The notes below the pieces were generated by a model that was not told the origin of the DNA, did not search any database, and saw only the letters and a list, made by a program, of their open reading frames with translations. DNA of 58,326 bases, filler included, from Sphacelaria rigidula (taxonomy: Eukaryota), in the NCBI GenBank assembly GCA_964200075.2. It is 9 parts of 9 records of this genome, joined end to end, with 100 filler letters (N's around TTAATTAATTAA, not from the genome) between each part and the next. Parts side by side here need not be neighbours in the genome. Positions count along the whole stretch, not along the records: positions 38,953 to 45,344 come from CAXNAA020020358.1; positions 45,445 to 51,835 come from CAXNAA020020359.1; positions 51,936 to 58,326 come from CAXNAA020020360.1; 6 more parts are not named here. The stretch is one strand, 5' to 3'. Every line of letters begins with the position of its first letter. Position 1 is the first letter of the stretch. This document shows, one piece after another, positions 40,483-53,465 of this stretch. The translations under genes and the position numbers were made by a program.

Positions 40483-42559
40483 AATACAAAGGGGGCGTCT
40501 CGTGCCGTAGGACGGGCATCGGTTGGGGGGCACAAGTAACCTGGAGGGAAACCCCATTGAAATGGGCTGTGAGATGTTGAAGCATACACCCGTTATTCAA
40601 GGGGGGAAAAAAAAGAGAGAGTCTTCAGCAGTCACGAGTGGAGCGTGTATATACATTCAAAGCCTGAGGAGAACAACGGGAGAAATGAAAACAGAGGACG
40701 TGTCCGTGCTCGAAAACCGGCAACATGGTATGTTGGCTGGCAGGGACCCAGGGTACTGCCAGTTGCCGTCGTCAATACATTCTTGGCAACTGCCTTCGGG
40801 GGTGGTTTACATTCATAGAGAAGGCTTGCCGCCCCCCATACCTGCCCCTTGAGTAGAGCCGTATCAATGCCTCAGCTCGGAAGCCGGGTACAGGTCGAAA
40901 TATTGACCATCGAGGGAATACATGATTCATGGGAGCGGGATAGCTTGTCCTACCCAAGTTGAGCTAGATTGAATTCACATGAGTAATTTTTTGTCCGAGA
41001 TGGTGAATGCTGGACAGGACCTGAAAGGGTCAGTGCTTTGGATGACTTTGCCTGTGATACCGAACATCGAAGCGACTATGATGCAATGCACTGAAAGCAG
41101 ACGCATTAGTATACGTACGGAACGGCGGCCTAAACAGCCAGTCAGTTTCTGATATGAGAGTAGGCAGGACAATTGTGAAACGGCCGCACGACTGGAGTAC
41201 TGCTCCGTAGTGCCGTGAGGATCAGCATCGTTCTCCTATCCGCCCGCCTTATTCTTTCGAAGGGTGTCATGGTGTAAGGCGGAGCGATCCGACATTGAGC
41301 GAGTATCATTGTAACATGACGGATTGGTGTCTATGGCATAGACCACGAATCTGAAATTCGAAAGTTGGCCAACTGTTGCATGTGCACACGCTAACGGATG
41401 CCTCCAAGACAACTGTAACGTGGGAACTTGAAGGGCAAGTCGCGACAGGTTCATCTGAGAAGGGGTATCAAATGCCTCCAAACTGGATTAAAAATCCATG
41501 CGGAGAGAGGTAAAATGCCCTAGAACACCGATGATTCGGAGGGTGCATGCTTTCCCTTGGTGAGATAGGAAGCAGTGCAGCACGACAGCAGCAGTTTTTC
41601 GCAACACCATGGAATTGGTCACTGCACGGGCGGGGGGACGAGGAGGGTGTTCTCATGATCATGCATGCCATAGTCGTAAGACCATTGGCCTCGCATCCCT
41701 ACGAAGCCAGGACGGAGCACGCCGGCTTTTCGCCGGACCAGGCTCGCACTCAATCACCAAGCACGATGGTGAGCTGCATCTGATTATCTTGCATTTGGAT
41801 AAAGCCTACAATAATTTGCTTCATTGTCTAGTATTGCTACTTTCTGATACAGCCATACAGCTATGCTTCCGGTACACACTGCCTCATGGGTGTCTCACCG
41901 TTTACACACTATGTAGTACAATCATCCCCATTGTGCAGAGTTGGGGTTCTCTCACACCGCACAACATGATCTAGCTCGACTTCCATCATGGGTATTGCAA
42001 AACAAAACACAAGCGCGAGAAACAAAACGGTAACTTGGTTGCCTAGCTTACGCAGCAAGTGGCGTGTTTTATAGCGTCATCGCCAACCGACGCCAACCCC
42101 ATCGGGGGTCCGCCCCTACAAGGCCGGGACGGAGCATGCCGGATTCTCGCCGGATCAGGCATTCACCGGACCAGGCATACGGGGGGACGAGGGGCGGAGT
42201 ACACCAGAGCAGCGACAGACTTCGCCCTCTCTCGTCCCACGCCATCTCATTTGGCTCCGAAGTGTCAACTACCATTTTGTTATTCTAGCTCCCACCTCCT
42301 CTCCTTCCTAGGGACGAATCCGTGTTCCCGAGGGATCAACCGATCCCTCTCTCCCTCGGTTCTTGCCTTACATTTCCGTATCAGGGATTGAATTATGACA
42401 AAACACTCCCGTATCGCACCGACCGTAGTTCAACAAACTCAGGTATAAAAGCTCTTCATTCTGCCCTTCGTACATGTCGTGCATTTCATTTGTTTGCTGA
42501 ATCTGTCACGTTCACTGCGGGTTAAAGTTCCCCCCGGAGCAATCGGGGTCATGTGTGCA

Positions 42560-44970
42560 TAGTACAGCCTGAAATCCCACAAAATTCGTCACTTTGTGCA
42601 AAATGACGAAATTACCGGGGTTCACTTCGCTAATTGTCCCACGTGGCTTATACCTTGGCAAAGTCACAGCTGTTGGTGAATGGAACGTTACAATACTGGA
42701 TCGGAAATACCACTTCCATCCAAACCGTTACTATGCAATTGTCGTGCTCCGGTTCCGATCGAAACCGTTACCGAGCTACTCATATGCTCCCGTTCCCGTC
42801 CGAACAACATCCGCCCAGGTGCTGCTATTCCTGTGGTTTTTCATCACCATCTTGACAAACACCGCAGAAATAAATTGACCCGAACTGCTGTACAGGAACA
42901 AAATAAATGAAGTTTCAACGTCAGTCAACGTCACCTTACCTCAATGGGACAGTGGTGACCGTCTGCAATCTCTGGTGAACTGACCGATCCTGCAATGCCC
43001 GCCAGACCACTTTCGATTCTTTCTCTATTCCCTTTTTTTCAACCATCCTGGATGACGTTTCCTTCCGCATTGTTTTTCGAGGACCCTACAGTTTCTTAGT
43101 TGGTGGACACGCGCGTACTGAAGCATGATTGTACCATAATACGCATCACACGACATCACACGCGGCCAGAAGTAAGCACTTCTTTTGTTTTTTATCCAGG
43201 GAGAATGACCATGCCTTTCATGGTTTGTGGTCAGTGAACAAGTGCTTGATATTACTGGGTGTAGCTCTGGTTTCAGCCTCTCGTGTTTCGTGTTTCTTCT
43301 TTTGGCTGCGAGAAACTGCCCGTGTTCAGTAGGCTGAGCGTACATCTGAGTTATGCGTACAACAAGTCTACGAAGGATTCTGTGTTGTCTAAATGTTTCG
43401 ATACAAGCTACAGTAGTTAGTTGCTTGCCACGCGCGGAAACAATCCTCACGAAAACGAAATACCGTACATGATCGTGGTGGCTGCCTCCTGTACCAATGG
43501 GTGCCGGGGTGATCAGATACGTTTCAAAGCTTACCATGCACTACCGTGATGATTGGATACCGCGGTAAGTGGTACCAACCTCAAAAGGTCATGGAGGAGT
43601 GAACCTCTGAAAACACAGCGGCGGTGAAACGCTTACTACTGTACCAACAACCGAACGGCAGATGCAACGCTGCCAGTCAGTGCTTCGCGGGTGATGAACG
43701 CGTCAACACCCACCTAACCCTTTTGGGCCCCACCTCGTTTTGATACTACATGAAGGTAGGGTTGACAATGCGTTTTTTATATTTTCCGGCGTGCTAACCC
43801 AATTACATCAGCGGAGGGTAGAGCGAAAAAGTGGCCAGCGACCACAAACGGGCAGTCCATTTTATAGGGCTGTCAATGGGCAGCTCTGTCCAGTGGGGTT
43901 TAAACCGGCCACGGTACATGACATTTTCCCAGTTAATCGGCTTTGCCGATGAGTTGGGAAACATCGGCGGCGAGCGGCGAAGCGCAAGTCTCAACGCCCT
44001 CTATCGGCTGGTGAGGGGGGCTCGCGAGAGCGCCGCGGGGGGCAAGATCTACTGCGTTTTTTGGCTTGTGTTTCCTTCAAAAATGTGGATAGCTGCAAAA
44101 AATGCGATCGCTTACATGGAGGCATAGCTACCTGCAGCCGCAACCTATACAAACTTGAAGTTTCAGTGTCATCTGAAGCCAAGTGCGTTGTGTTTGAACA
44201 CCCAACCTTCCGAAATACCGCGTCTGCACTACCGATAACGGAATAACACTGGTCATGATACTGCTGTAGTATTGACCGTGACTGGTGAGGTATGTCGGAA
44301 TGAATGCACTCTCTTGACACTTTCGAATTGGCGCGGTCGATTTTGATTACTGGTGCCATTCTCTGCACTAGCGACCGGCCAGCAGGACACGCGTCAGGTC
44401 GTTCGTCGGGGTGGGGCCCAAGGGGGGTGAACACTGTCACCCCCACCCCGTTCTACAATACCATCCCCGAGCCTACTGAACGTACGTTTGTTCGGCAAGT
44501 TGCAACACCCCAATACCTAACATGTGTGCGTTCTACACGTCGTCACACGCCCTTTTGTCTTCGTTCGAGTTTGGGTGCATATTAACCAAGATGTGAGACA
44601 CAGATGGCGTGGTGGCGGTGCTGTCACCGAAATCGTACGCTTGCGTTGTCGGAAAAACTGAAATTTCGCAGTGGACGGAACCCGTGCAGGGTATACAATA
44701 CCCGATAATGTCCAGTAGCAAAATTCTGTAGATGCTCCGCAATGGGCAATAGATTGAATCCTCTACAGAGTACACATTTTTCTGCTGTTTTTTGTCCAGG
44801 GAGTGAGATATCACACTACTTACTCGATCGGATGAAACTATAACGAAATATCACAACTCGATGTTAGTGCGTGCGCTGACCTTCGATCTTCAGCGGGGTT
44901 GACAGTCCCAAGTGCTCCTACCGCAGCGTGAGCAGAACGCGTTTCTGTCCAAATCCGCGCCGTAGGCCCC
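42560..44970 (+). mobile_element. Highly degenerate Ty3/gypsy pol and start of 3' LTR at ~44900
   Basis: RT thumb/connection-like PVRTTSAQVLLFL.., LQSLVN*PILQCPPDHFRFF; integrase-like SWW..MGAGVIRYV and SGQRPQTGSPFYRAVNGQL; then cggggt|TGACAGTCCC. Confidence 0.5.
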
Positions 44971-46664
44971 GGTTTGAAGTCTGCCAACCTACACTTTGCC
45001 TAGAGCACCCTCTGCACTCTCCTCGCCCGACGATTCACGGTATGCCTGTGGTTGGGGTCAGACTTACCGTTATTTCAAATCAAAAACATTTCAAGGAAGT
45101 TGTTCAAAGAGCCATTCAACAACGTGACGATACGACCTCATAACGTTTTGACTGCGGCCCCCCATCAAACGGACCCAGACAGACCACGCCACGACTCGGA
45201 TTAAAAAGGCTGTTTCTTCACTAGACATATTCCCTTTATCCAAGAACATACGGATGTTGGGTAAATATCAAGGCTCCTCTCGGGAATATTCCCGCGGGAA
45301 AAATACCGCGGTATTTCCACGGGAATGGGAAATGGGATCGTTCCNNNNNNNNNNNNNNNNNNNNNNNNNNNNNNNNNNNNNNNNNNNNTTAATTAATTAA
45401 NNNNNNNNNNNNNNNNNNNNNNNNNNNNNNNNNNNNNNNNNNNNTCTGGGTTTCAAAACAGCCGTTTCATCACTGCACAGATTCCTCTTTTTCAAAAGCA
45501 TGTGGGCATATATTTCGGGCGTATGTGTAGCAGGTATTTCCGACAATCACCGACCGGTGCTGACCCTCTACCCCTGCAGACGCAGCACGTGTGCGGAATG
45601 TCTCCACATCGAATACAATCAACTTGACGCTGTTACTGTCTGTGTTTTTTGTCCCACAACACCGCAGACAGCGTGAAGCCATGCCGGGGATACAAGAGTG
45701 GTTAGGCAGGCGGAGAAGCACCAGTAGCAGAGTAATGAAGACGTCATACATATCAAAGTTATTCATAGTACGTGATGAAAACTGCAAGGCTGCGAAATAG
45801 GGTGTTCCACTCCGTCAGGGTGACAGTCCTCGTCAAACACGGCTCCTGTCGGAATTTTTCCAGACTTGTCAGTGCTCGTGGGATATTTTCCACTACATCC
45901 GTGACTGCATGATTTTGCAAAAAGGCCTTCAAGCCCCGTTCCCATCAAAACCTCGACGCCACACCCATGGACGACGAATTGTGTCGTCAAGAGGTGTACT
46001 ACGTACAGTTGCGAATAATGCAGTAAAAGAAAAAATGATACTGGACGTGGTACTTTATTGACAATGTATCCTCTTCTCAAGGGTTTGCACCACGGTCGCC
46101 ACCTGAAACCCCGTCGACATATCTCGACCGTCAGCCATTTGCAGGAGCTCCGAGGCGATGCTCATGGTGGAAGGGTGGTATGTTCAGGGCCAACTTGTTC
46201 TTTGGATCATATATTACTGCAGACGACTCGTTACCCTCACCCAGGGATGGAGTGGCGGTTCATCGTGCCCATGACACATTCCTCAATTATGCTTGATCGG
46301 AATTCTTCGTTGTAACGCCCTAGATGTGTTCAGTCAAGCAAGCATAGCGAAGAGCGAGAACCGAGTGCCGCACACCCGCGGGACCTCCGACGACCGGTGA
46401 CCCGTCACTCAAATTAATAGTGGTGGCCGATTTTTTTCATCCAAACATTGCGGCGAGGGCTCAATCGTTCAACTGTTTTTCCCTCGTTCGAAAAAAGTCA
46501 AACAGTTCCCATCCCAACATTCACTTTCCATCCTCAAGCAGATGTTAATCAATGCGTGGAATGTATTATATATTATAAACGAACTGCATTGCCAAGAGGT
46601 GAGGGGTCAGACACAATCACCAAGAGTCATCATAGCCGAAAAACTCGGCGACTCGGGTCCAGAA

Positions 46665-46665
<1 letters not shown>

Positions 46666-46697
<32 letters not shown>

Positions 46698-46768
46698 CCC
46701 CCCCGCCCCCCCCCCCCCCCCCCCCCGCCACTCCCGTCTCCAAAGCCCCCCCCCCCCCCCCCCCCTCC
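46666..46768. repeat. Poly-C tract (similar tract at 38775-38850)
   Basis: Directly visible. Confidence 0.95.
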
Positions 46769-47706
46769 ATGACATGAGTAGATGGAACTTGGCGCCCCGG
46801 TGCCATTCTTCATGTGAGCACAGAGGCGACAGTAAAACAACATACGAAACCTGAAAACAAACAACAGGAACAATACGCTGGCTTGAGAGTGACTACCTTA
46901 TTCGAGTCAGTCAGGCGTGCAACCGTGCATTCACGTCTCATGCAGAAATTAAACGGACAGTCCGTGCGTCTGCCGCGGCTTCGTGTGCCATGCACCATTG
47001 ATCACTCAACATCGAACAAAAAAGCGGCATCAGACATTGACGTGCATGCTTCACCTCAATCAGCAAAAAAATCGAACGGGTTAGCAACGTTGACGTCGAT
47101 CTGTCGAGCGCGACGCACATGTGACCGGGTAACATGCGACGGGGAAGTAATGCTCTGGTATCTCATATCAAATTTTGGTCCGGTGTTGAGTTCTTCGCTC
47201 GAAGGACCCTTGCAGTATAGCTCTAAAATATTCGGATATCTCCAGCAAAAAAAAAAGGTCGTGCTCTCTGTGCATGCATCACCCTGCCTTCAGACCAACA
47301 GGCGCGGCCCGTCGGTATAAAGATGTGCTGTGGTAACTCGCCGTTAGTCACCCCCAGAACCGCATGACACTCGAAACACGATTACCACACACCACAGCTC
47401 CGACCTCCGATGAACACGAAAACTAACCGTAGCATAGAGACTGCCGCAACCATGACGATAGGTCCATACCGTGATGCCCCCCATCCTCCAAAACCAAGGA
47501 GCATCGACCCAAACCTCCATGACACCGGCTGCGCTTCGACAAGTGTGTACGTACTCTCGACCACAATGTGCTACAGGATAACAAACCATGCAGCCACCAC
47601 CCCAAGCACACTATCCTGTGTACTGCTGTCGACGGCACAGACGTAATACCCCACGATCAACATCATAAACCCTCGTTCCGAGACTCTCCGCAGACAGAAA
47701 GTACAT

Positions 47707-48990
47707 CTACGAATCCACGGATCCCGCGGCACCCTGAGACAGGCTCGCCGCCTGGGAGCTGGAGGCAGCCATGTGCAGAGCGTAATTCCGCGACGACGTA
47801 TTGAACTCCCCGTTGCTCGCCTTGCGCTTATGCGCGCGCACGCCTTTTTTGCGCCCGGCTTGGTCGTCAACGCGCAACGGCGGGAGGTGAGTGGGGTCCC
47901 GTCTGAGCGACGACCACACGGGAGGGACCACGGGGAAGCTGGTATCACGCGCCGCGGCCCTGTAGGTGGCCAGGAGATACTTCTCGTTCACCAGCTTCAA
48001 CGCTCGGTGGTTTTCATCCTTGGCTGCGAGGTGTAAAGCCGCGGGCGGAGCGGGTGGCGGATAGTGTAAGACAAGAAGCAAAGGAACAAATGAGCCCGCC
48101 TCTTTGGCCGAAAATCTTAGAATGAAAAAAAGGGCGCAAGACTTTTGTAGGCGGCTTTTTCCCCCATAGGAAACAGTTCTCAAAGCCCCACCCCGCCATC
48201 TATGAAAAGATGCGGGGGATTTGAACACCCAGGCTATATATTGAAAGTAGTGAATTTGCCGGCGAAAAGGCTTTTTGCCGTACTGTCGGTCCCTGGTCCT
48301 ACGGTCATGAACACGATACACTGAGTGCCGTAGCAGCTATGCTGCGGCGACGGTATTGTACATACTGCATGCACTCCAAGTACGTGACCCGAATTCGCTC
48401 CTCAGGTGGAAACAATATCACCAAGATCCGATCGTTCTTCTCCGACAGAGATTGAAGAAAACGCCGTCTCGACACTTGGCGTGGGCTTCGATACAAAACA
48501 GAGACAGGCCTAGCCCGATAGTTAGAATGGCGCGAAGAACGCCAGATCGTTAAGGTGTGAAAAGGTGGAGAATGACGTCGGGGAACGAGCGGCCTAGTGC
48601 AAAACTTTGTGCGACCGAACCGGGCGCGGGTGACCTTACAGAGTTGTATAGTGCGTGGTCGTACCTAACACCACCGCCATGACATGCCGGCAAGGGGTGA
48701 GCCACCTCTCGCACCACCCGCACGGCAGTCGTAGACATGGTCGCCAGGGCCGCTGTTGAAGGTTAGAGATACGACGTTGTAGTGGCGCCGGCTGCTGTCG
48801 GGGTTTTTTCCTCCGAAGCTTTTTTTTCAGAGCAGGCCGAAACTTTCGGACTGCAACGCAGCACTTCGGAGAGCTGCTCTGCGAGTACGCCGTGGCGGTC
48901 GCAAGCATTCGAGAATGACCAGGTACCTTGCCAGCCCCGACAGTTTCGGAGATCTCCGAAAAAACAGTGCCAATAACAATGGACCTCGAC
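47707..48990 (-). pseudogene. SWIM-finger / MULE-type transposase C-terminal remnant
   Basis: SWIM-like CLRLPCGWCERWLTPCRHVMAVV (~48660-48750). The tail LVNEKYLLATYRAAA..LPPLRVDDQAGRKKGVRAHKRKASNGE is typical of Mutator-like transposase ends. Confidence 0.6.
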
Positions 48991-49974
48991 CATATGTTAT
49001 GTTGCTGCGGTCCTTTTGATCGACTGACTGTTTTTTGCGTACCAACTCAGACGACGAGAGTAGGTCGTGTATGGAATGGACATCAATTTCACTCAAAATA
49101 AGTATACATGATTCGGATGGACTACCCTTGCGGTCTACTATACTTTAACCTTTTGACCGCGAGGGTAGGTCATCTGCCGAATCGACATCAATATTCATTT
49201 GAAAAAAAGTATGCATAATCCAGATGGACTGTACCCGCACCGCGGTCTAAGGGTCAAGGGTATCAATCGATCCGCTACGATTCCTGCCGTCGATAGGTGC
49301 CACAGGTCTATCCTTCATCCAGTACTTATTTTGTCAATTGCATATTTTGACCGTACATTGTCGAGGGTATGCATTGTACGTGGAAGTATAGCACATGACA
49401 GCACAGGCGCAGAAGAACTCATTTCACCTACTCAAACTCAGAAAAGTCTTTCAGGTCACACTTTCCTCATCCCAAATTCAAAGTGGGCGCACATTATTTC
49501 CCCGCATCTCGAGGTGTAATGCAGTATGGTTTTTCGCGTGATCGAGACATATTTTTCTGTCGCGCATTTGCGTTGGATGTCTGCGCCAGGTGACATCCTG
49601 GAACCCCCCAGCTGCTCCTCGACAACTAAAAGGGTAATTTCACGTTCTGCGCATCCTTGACGTCTCCACGCCAAGTACCAAGAAGACCACATCAATCATT
49701 CGAATTTTCATCCCGAGATGTGTGCATGCGATCCTTCGAAGCTTCTGGACATGCCTCAGATCGCACAGTACATCGCAGCTCACCAAATGTGAGTATCTGT
49801 GTCATTCCGCACTTCGTGTCATCCTTGCCTTGTTTGCAAACCTTGCTTCAGCCGCTTTGAGCTTGGATAACGACCAAAATTGTAAATATTTGCATTCTGT
49901 TCCGAGAAAGAAAAAAAAAATATATATATATATATAGCTGCCTCGAATGTTCACGTTTTATTTTCGGTCGTTTG

Positions 49975-50208
49975 ATGAACACGGAGAACAAAGGCGCCGA
50001 AGCCTCTGGGGTTGATAAACTACCCATGTCTTTCGAGGCGGGAGAGAAAAGTCAATGGCACCCTTCCGTGATGCTGGATGAGTTCGTCATCAAGGTTATA
50101 TCGTTCATCACCACAATTCTGGTGCCGATGACTATGGCGGAGACGGTGCGGTCGGTGAACGCAGACTCCCTGAGGCTTTCGCTGCAGTGGGCCGCCTACA
50201 TCGAAGAT
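49975..50208 (+). CDS. Probable first exon; resembles the FANCF N-terminus
   Basis: ATG start, 78 codons, GAT|gtgcgt donor. FITTILVPMTMAETVRSVNADSLRLSLQWAAYIED resembles the FANCF N-terminal V..W....V.RALQWA.Y pattern. Confidence 0.5.
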
Positions 50209-51719
50209 GTGCGTGATAACCTGGCTGTGAGATGTTTGCTTTAGGTGTAGATGGAATTGTAGCGCAGGGTAGGGCGCTGTGCTGAGTCGGTGTAGTGTAA
50301 CCTTGGTATAACAGTCTGCTGTTAGCGGTGTACTTGTAGAGGACGCGGTATAACACCCCCTGCTGATCGAAGTGATTTTCTATTTTAAGATCCAAAGATA
50401 AATCAAGATGTTCTCGAGAGCAACGATGTGCACTCTCGAGTATAGACGTTATACAGTATATAGAATTCGAGACAATCTTCCAAGGGTCGGACAAATAATG
50501 ATTCGTCTGAAAATTTCTTGGTTTTAGTATGATGTGTCGACTCATGACGAATCAATCTCCAGGCTTTATTTCAGCGTTACAACCCANNNNNNNNNNTTGG
50601 GCAATCAGATCGAAGAAATTGTGAATTTGGTGGTTTTGAGTCGTGATGATTTGTCCTAACCGTGCAATCTTCCTCCGCGTTTTCGTTATCTTCGGGCGGG
50701 ACCCGTCTTCATTACTCCATCGTGAGTGCCCATATGCCAAGATAATAATAATATTACCGCTTTTGGGACCGACCCCCCACTAAGACAGGGTCAACCCTGT
50801 GTTAATGGAATAATAGAAAACAAGTCTTCGAGCGACCTGCCCATTCACGGCGAGGCGAAATTTATCGACCAGACCCGAACGACCGGTGCTGGGGTTGTTG
50901 GCGAGTATGATGCCACTGTAAAGATCGTGTGGGGACCCTATCCCTGGCCCAGAGAAGCCTTCGCAGGTTTCCAAATGCAGGGCGGTCGGAGCTTGGTATA
51001 TGACGTGACTTGCGCTCATTATACCTTTCCCGAGTTTTCCGGTGGGTTTTTGGGTCTCAATTTCCCACTAAAACGTAGTAATTACACTAACACAGGGTCG
51101 ACCGGAAAACCGGGAAGGAGTGTACATGCTACCGTGTGGTCATTTTTACCACGCCCTAAAACCAGGTGGGCTGTCTAAACACAAAAGGATCTAGTGTCAT
51201 CAGTTCTGCTTATCCCCCTGGCGATGACCTGCAGGGTGCAGTCAACATGTATTTAGTGGGCGGGGATGAATAAGCGGTATAGAGGCAGTCGATCTCGGTA
51301 GCTGAGAATTGCCCGGAACGTGCAATGGAGTAAGAAGCGGCAGCTGATGCTTCAGTCGGAGAGGCCTACTACAGTGTACTGCACTATACTGTTGTATGTA
51401 TGCGCGCCACAACGCTGATACCCTCCGAAAAGAATTTGCCGCACACAACAAAGGGGGCAATGACGGCCCGCCCCGACCACAAAGGACTGTTTGGCAAGGT
51501 GATGGGGACCAAAGCCACAAGTGGTGGGCGGCCCGCCGCTCGCTGATCCTGTTGGAAGCTCTCAACCGCGACACATCCTGTTTGCTACATCAGATGTACA
51601 CCTCCTAATGCGCACCCTACACCTGAAAAAAGACTAGATGAAGCTTTCAGTCTTCGTCATAACCCTGCAGTTACATACGCGCATTTTCAGCAACACGCCA
51701 CTTTTTCGTTTAGACACCA

Positions 51720-51832
51720 GACATGTCATTCCCGACCAGCCTCTTGGTCGTTCTAGAGGCCCGGTCAAGGGTTAACCATTTTGGGACTGGGCCTCCAGAA
51801 CGACCAACGAGGCTGGTTAGAAATGACGTGTC
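51720..51832. repeat. ~113-nt hairpin (47-bp imperfect stem)
   Basis: gacatgtcattcccgaccagcctcttggtcgttctagaggcccggtc pairs with gactgggcctccagaacgaccaacgaggctggttagaaatgacgtgtc. Confidence 0.85.
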
Positions 51833-52871
51833 CTGNNNNNNNNNNNNNNNNNNNNNNNNNNNNNNNNNNNNNNNNNNNNTTAATTAATTAANNNNNNNNN
51901 NNNNNNNNNNNNNNNNNNNNNNNNNNNNNNNNNNNCCTCCCCCCACGGGCCTGGTCCAGCGAAAAACCGGTGTGCTCCGTCCCGGCTCTGTAGGGATGCG
52001 AGGTCAATGTTCTAATGACTATGGCATGCATGACAGTGAGTACACTCCCCCTCCACCCGCTCGGTCTCGATAGGGATGCCCGCTCAACGGTCAAATGACT
52101 AAGGCAAGCAACAAATGAGTACCACCTCCCTCCTCAACCAACACGATCGCTCGTATCAATCACGTGCTACGGTACACTGCAACGTATCGTTCCGAACGTT
52201 TTCTCTCCTTTTATCGAGTCATGGCACTGTATTATATGCACGGCCTTGATTGCACTCCGATGAAGGCATCCAGCAGAAGTAGTCGTCATGTATTTATACC
52301 AAGCAAATCCCGTATAAAACCCGTATCGTTTCGTTTCTCTAGTGATCGATCACCGGGCGCTTCCTGTGCTACCTTCTCGTGTCTGTTCGTGTCGCTCTAC
52401 TTCGTATTGTCTTTTTCCAGGACGGATATTCGTCAGCGCGGCCTCAGCGTAAAGGCGAACGGGAGCACCTCCCGTTCGGCTGCTGGGATCCAATTGCACC
52501 CTCTGTAAGTGCAGTCTTCCATTTTGTGTACCCGTAGCAGGCGCGTGGAGGGAAACACTAGACTTTGAAGATAAAACGAAACATTGGCAAGCATGTCTTG
52601 AAGTCGACACAGTTCTGAGAACTCTTTTTGTTGTTTGTTTGATAAACATTTCGACTGTGTTGAACACCATGTCGGTGTCTACAGTACTGTACCGGAGTAT
52701 GTGGTATATCACCCCCTAAAAAGGGCCCCCGGGAGATGACGTTCCGAGGGTCATGACTTCATCACGCGCGAGGTTTTTTCTGCCACGTGCGGCAGTTAGT
52801 ACTGTAATTTTGATATCGATGCGGTTCAGGAGTAATATTTTGTTTTTCCTAAACACGTACATTAGTTTATA

Positions 52872-53465
52872 CTTCCTCTGTCTCATAAGTCTGTGCCGTT
52901 ATGTTTGTATGAGCCCTTAACGATGGCCGATTTGATTTTCGATTTTTTGGTTGCATTCGTTGGTGTTTTTTTTAGCGAAAAACAATACTCCTTCTGCAAC
53001 GTGGGTGCTTGACCCGTGCAGCCTCGCGACCGAGAAAAAATGGGTCGATCAAAATATGGTCATTTTTTGCTTTTTTTCCCAGTAAAGCATAACAGACCCG
53101 GGAATCGCGAAAATCGTTAAAAAAATGTGAAAACCGCAAAACCACCACTGATTTGGATATCTCCGAGACGTTAACCTACGCACGCCCCATCTAACAACTT
53201 TTCAGCATGTAATCGCTAGTACTCGACGTAAAAACGTCCAAAATCGGTCAACATTGATATGTACGTGGACCAAAAAGGGGAAGAATGGGGTACATTTTGA
53301 CCTGATTTTAGTATTGAAAACAAGTTTTTTTTTCTCTTCTCTTCTTGAGTCAGCTTCGTCTGCGCGTAATCTCTCTAACAAACCCAACTGTAGAATGATC
53401 GTCAGCGTTGAAATACCCAATCGATCAAACGAACATAACGGCATAGACTTATGAGACAGAGGAAG
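52872..53465. mobile_element. Stowaway-like (Tc1/mariner) MITE, 594 bp
   Basis: TA|cttcctctgtctcataagtctgtgccgttatgtt ... aacataacggcatagacttatgagacagaggaag|TA. Confidence 0.9.

Noticed and set aside
44880..44970. Minus-strand FCSRCGRSTWDCQPR as an RPA/Helitron zinc finger
   Set aside because: The frame is not conserved in the 21690 copy; better explained as a non-coding LTR start.
46448..46873. Proline/glycine-rich ORFs (formin/extensin-like)
   Set aside because: They arise from a poly-C tract, with no codon structure or exon support.
6791..50208. DDX11 + FANCF-like as a DNA-repair gene cluster
   Set aside because: They are on different, artificially joined contigs.
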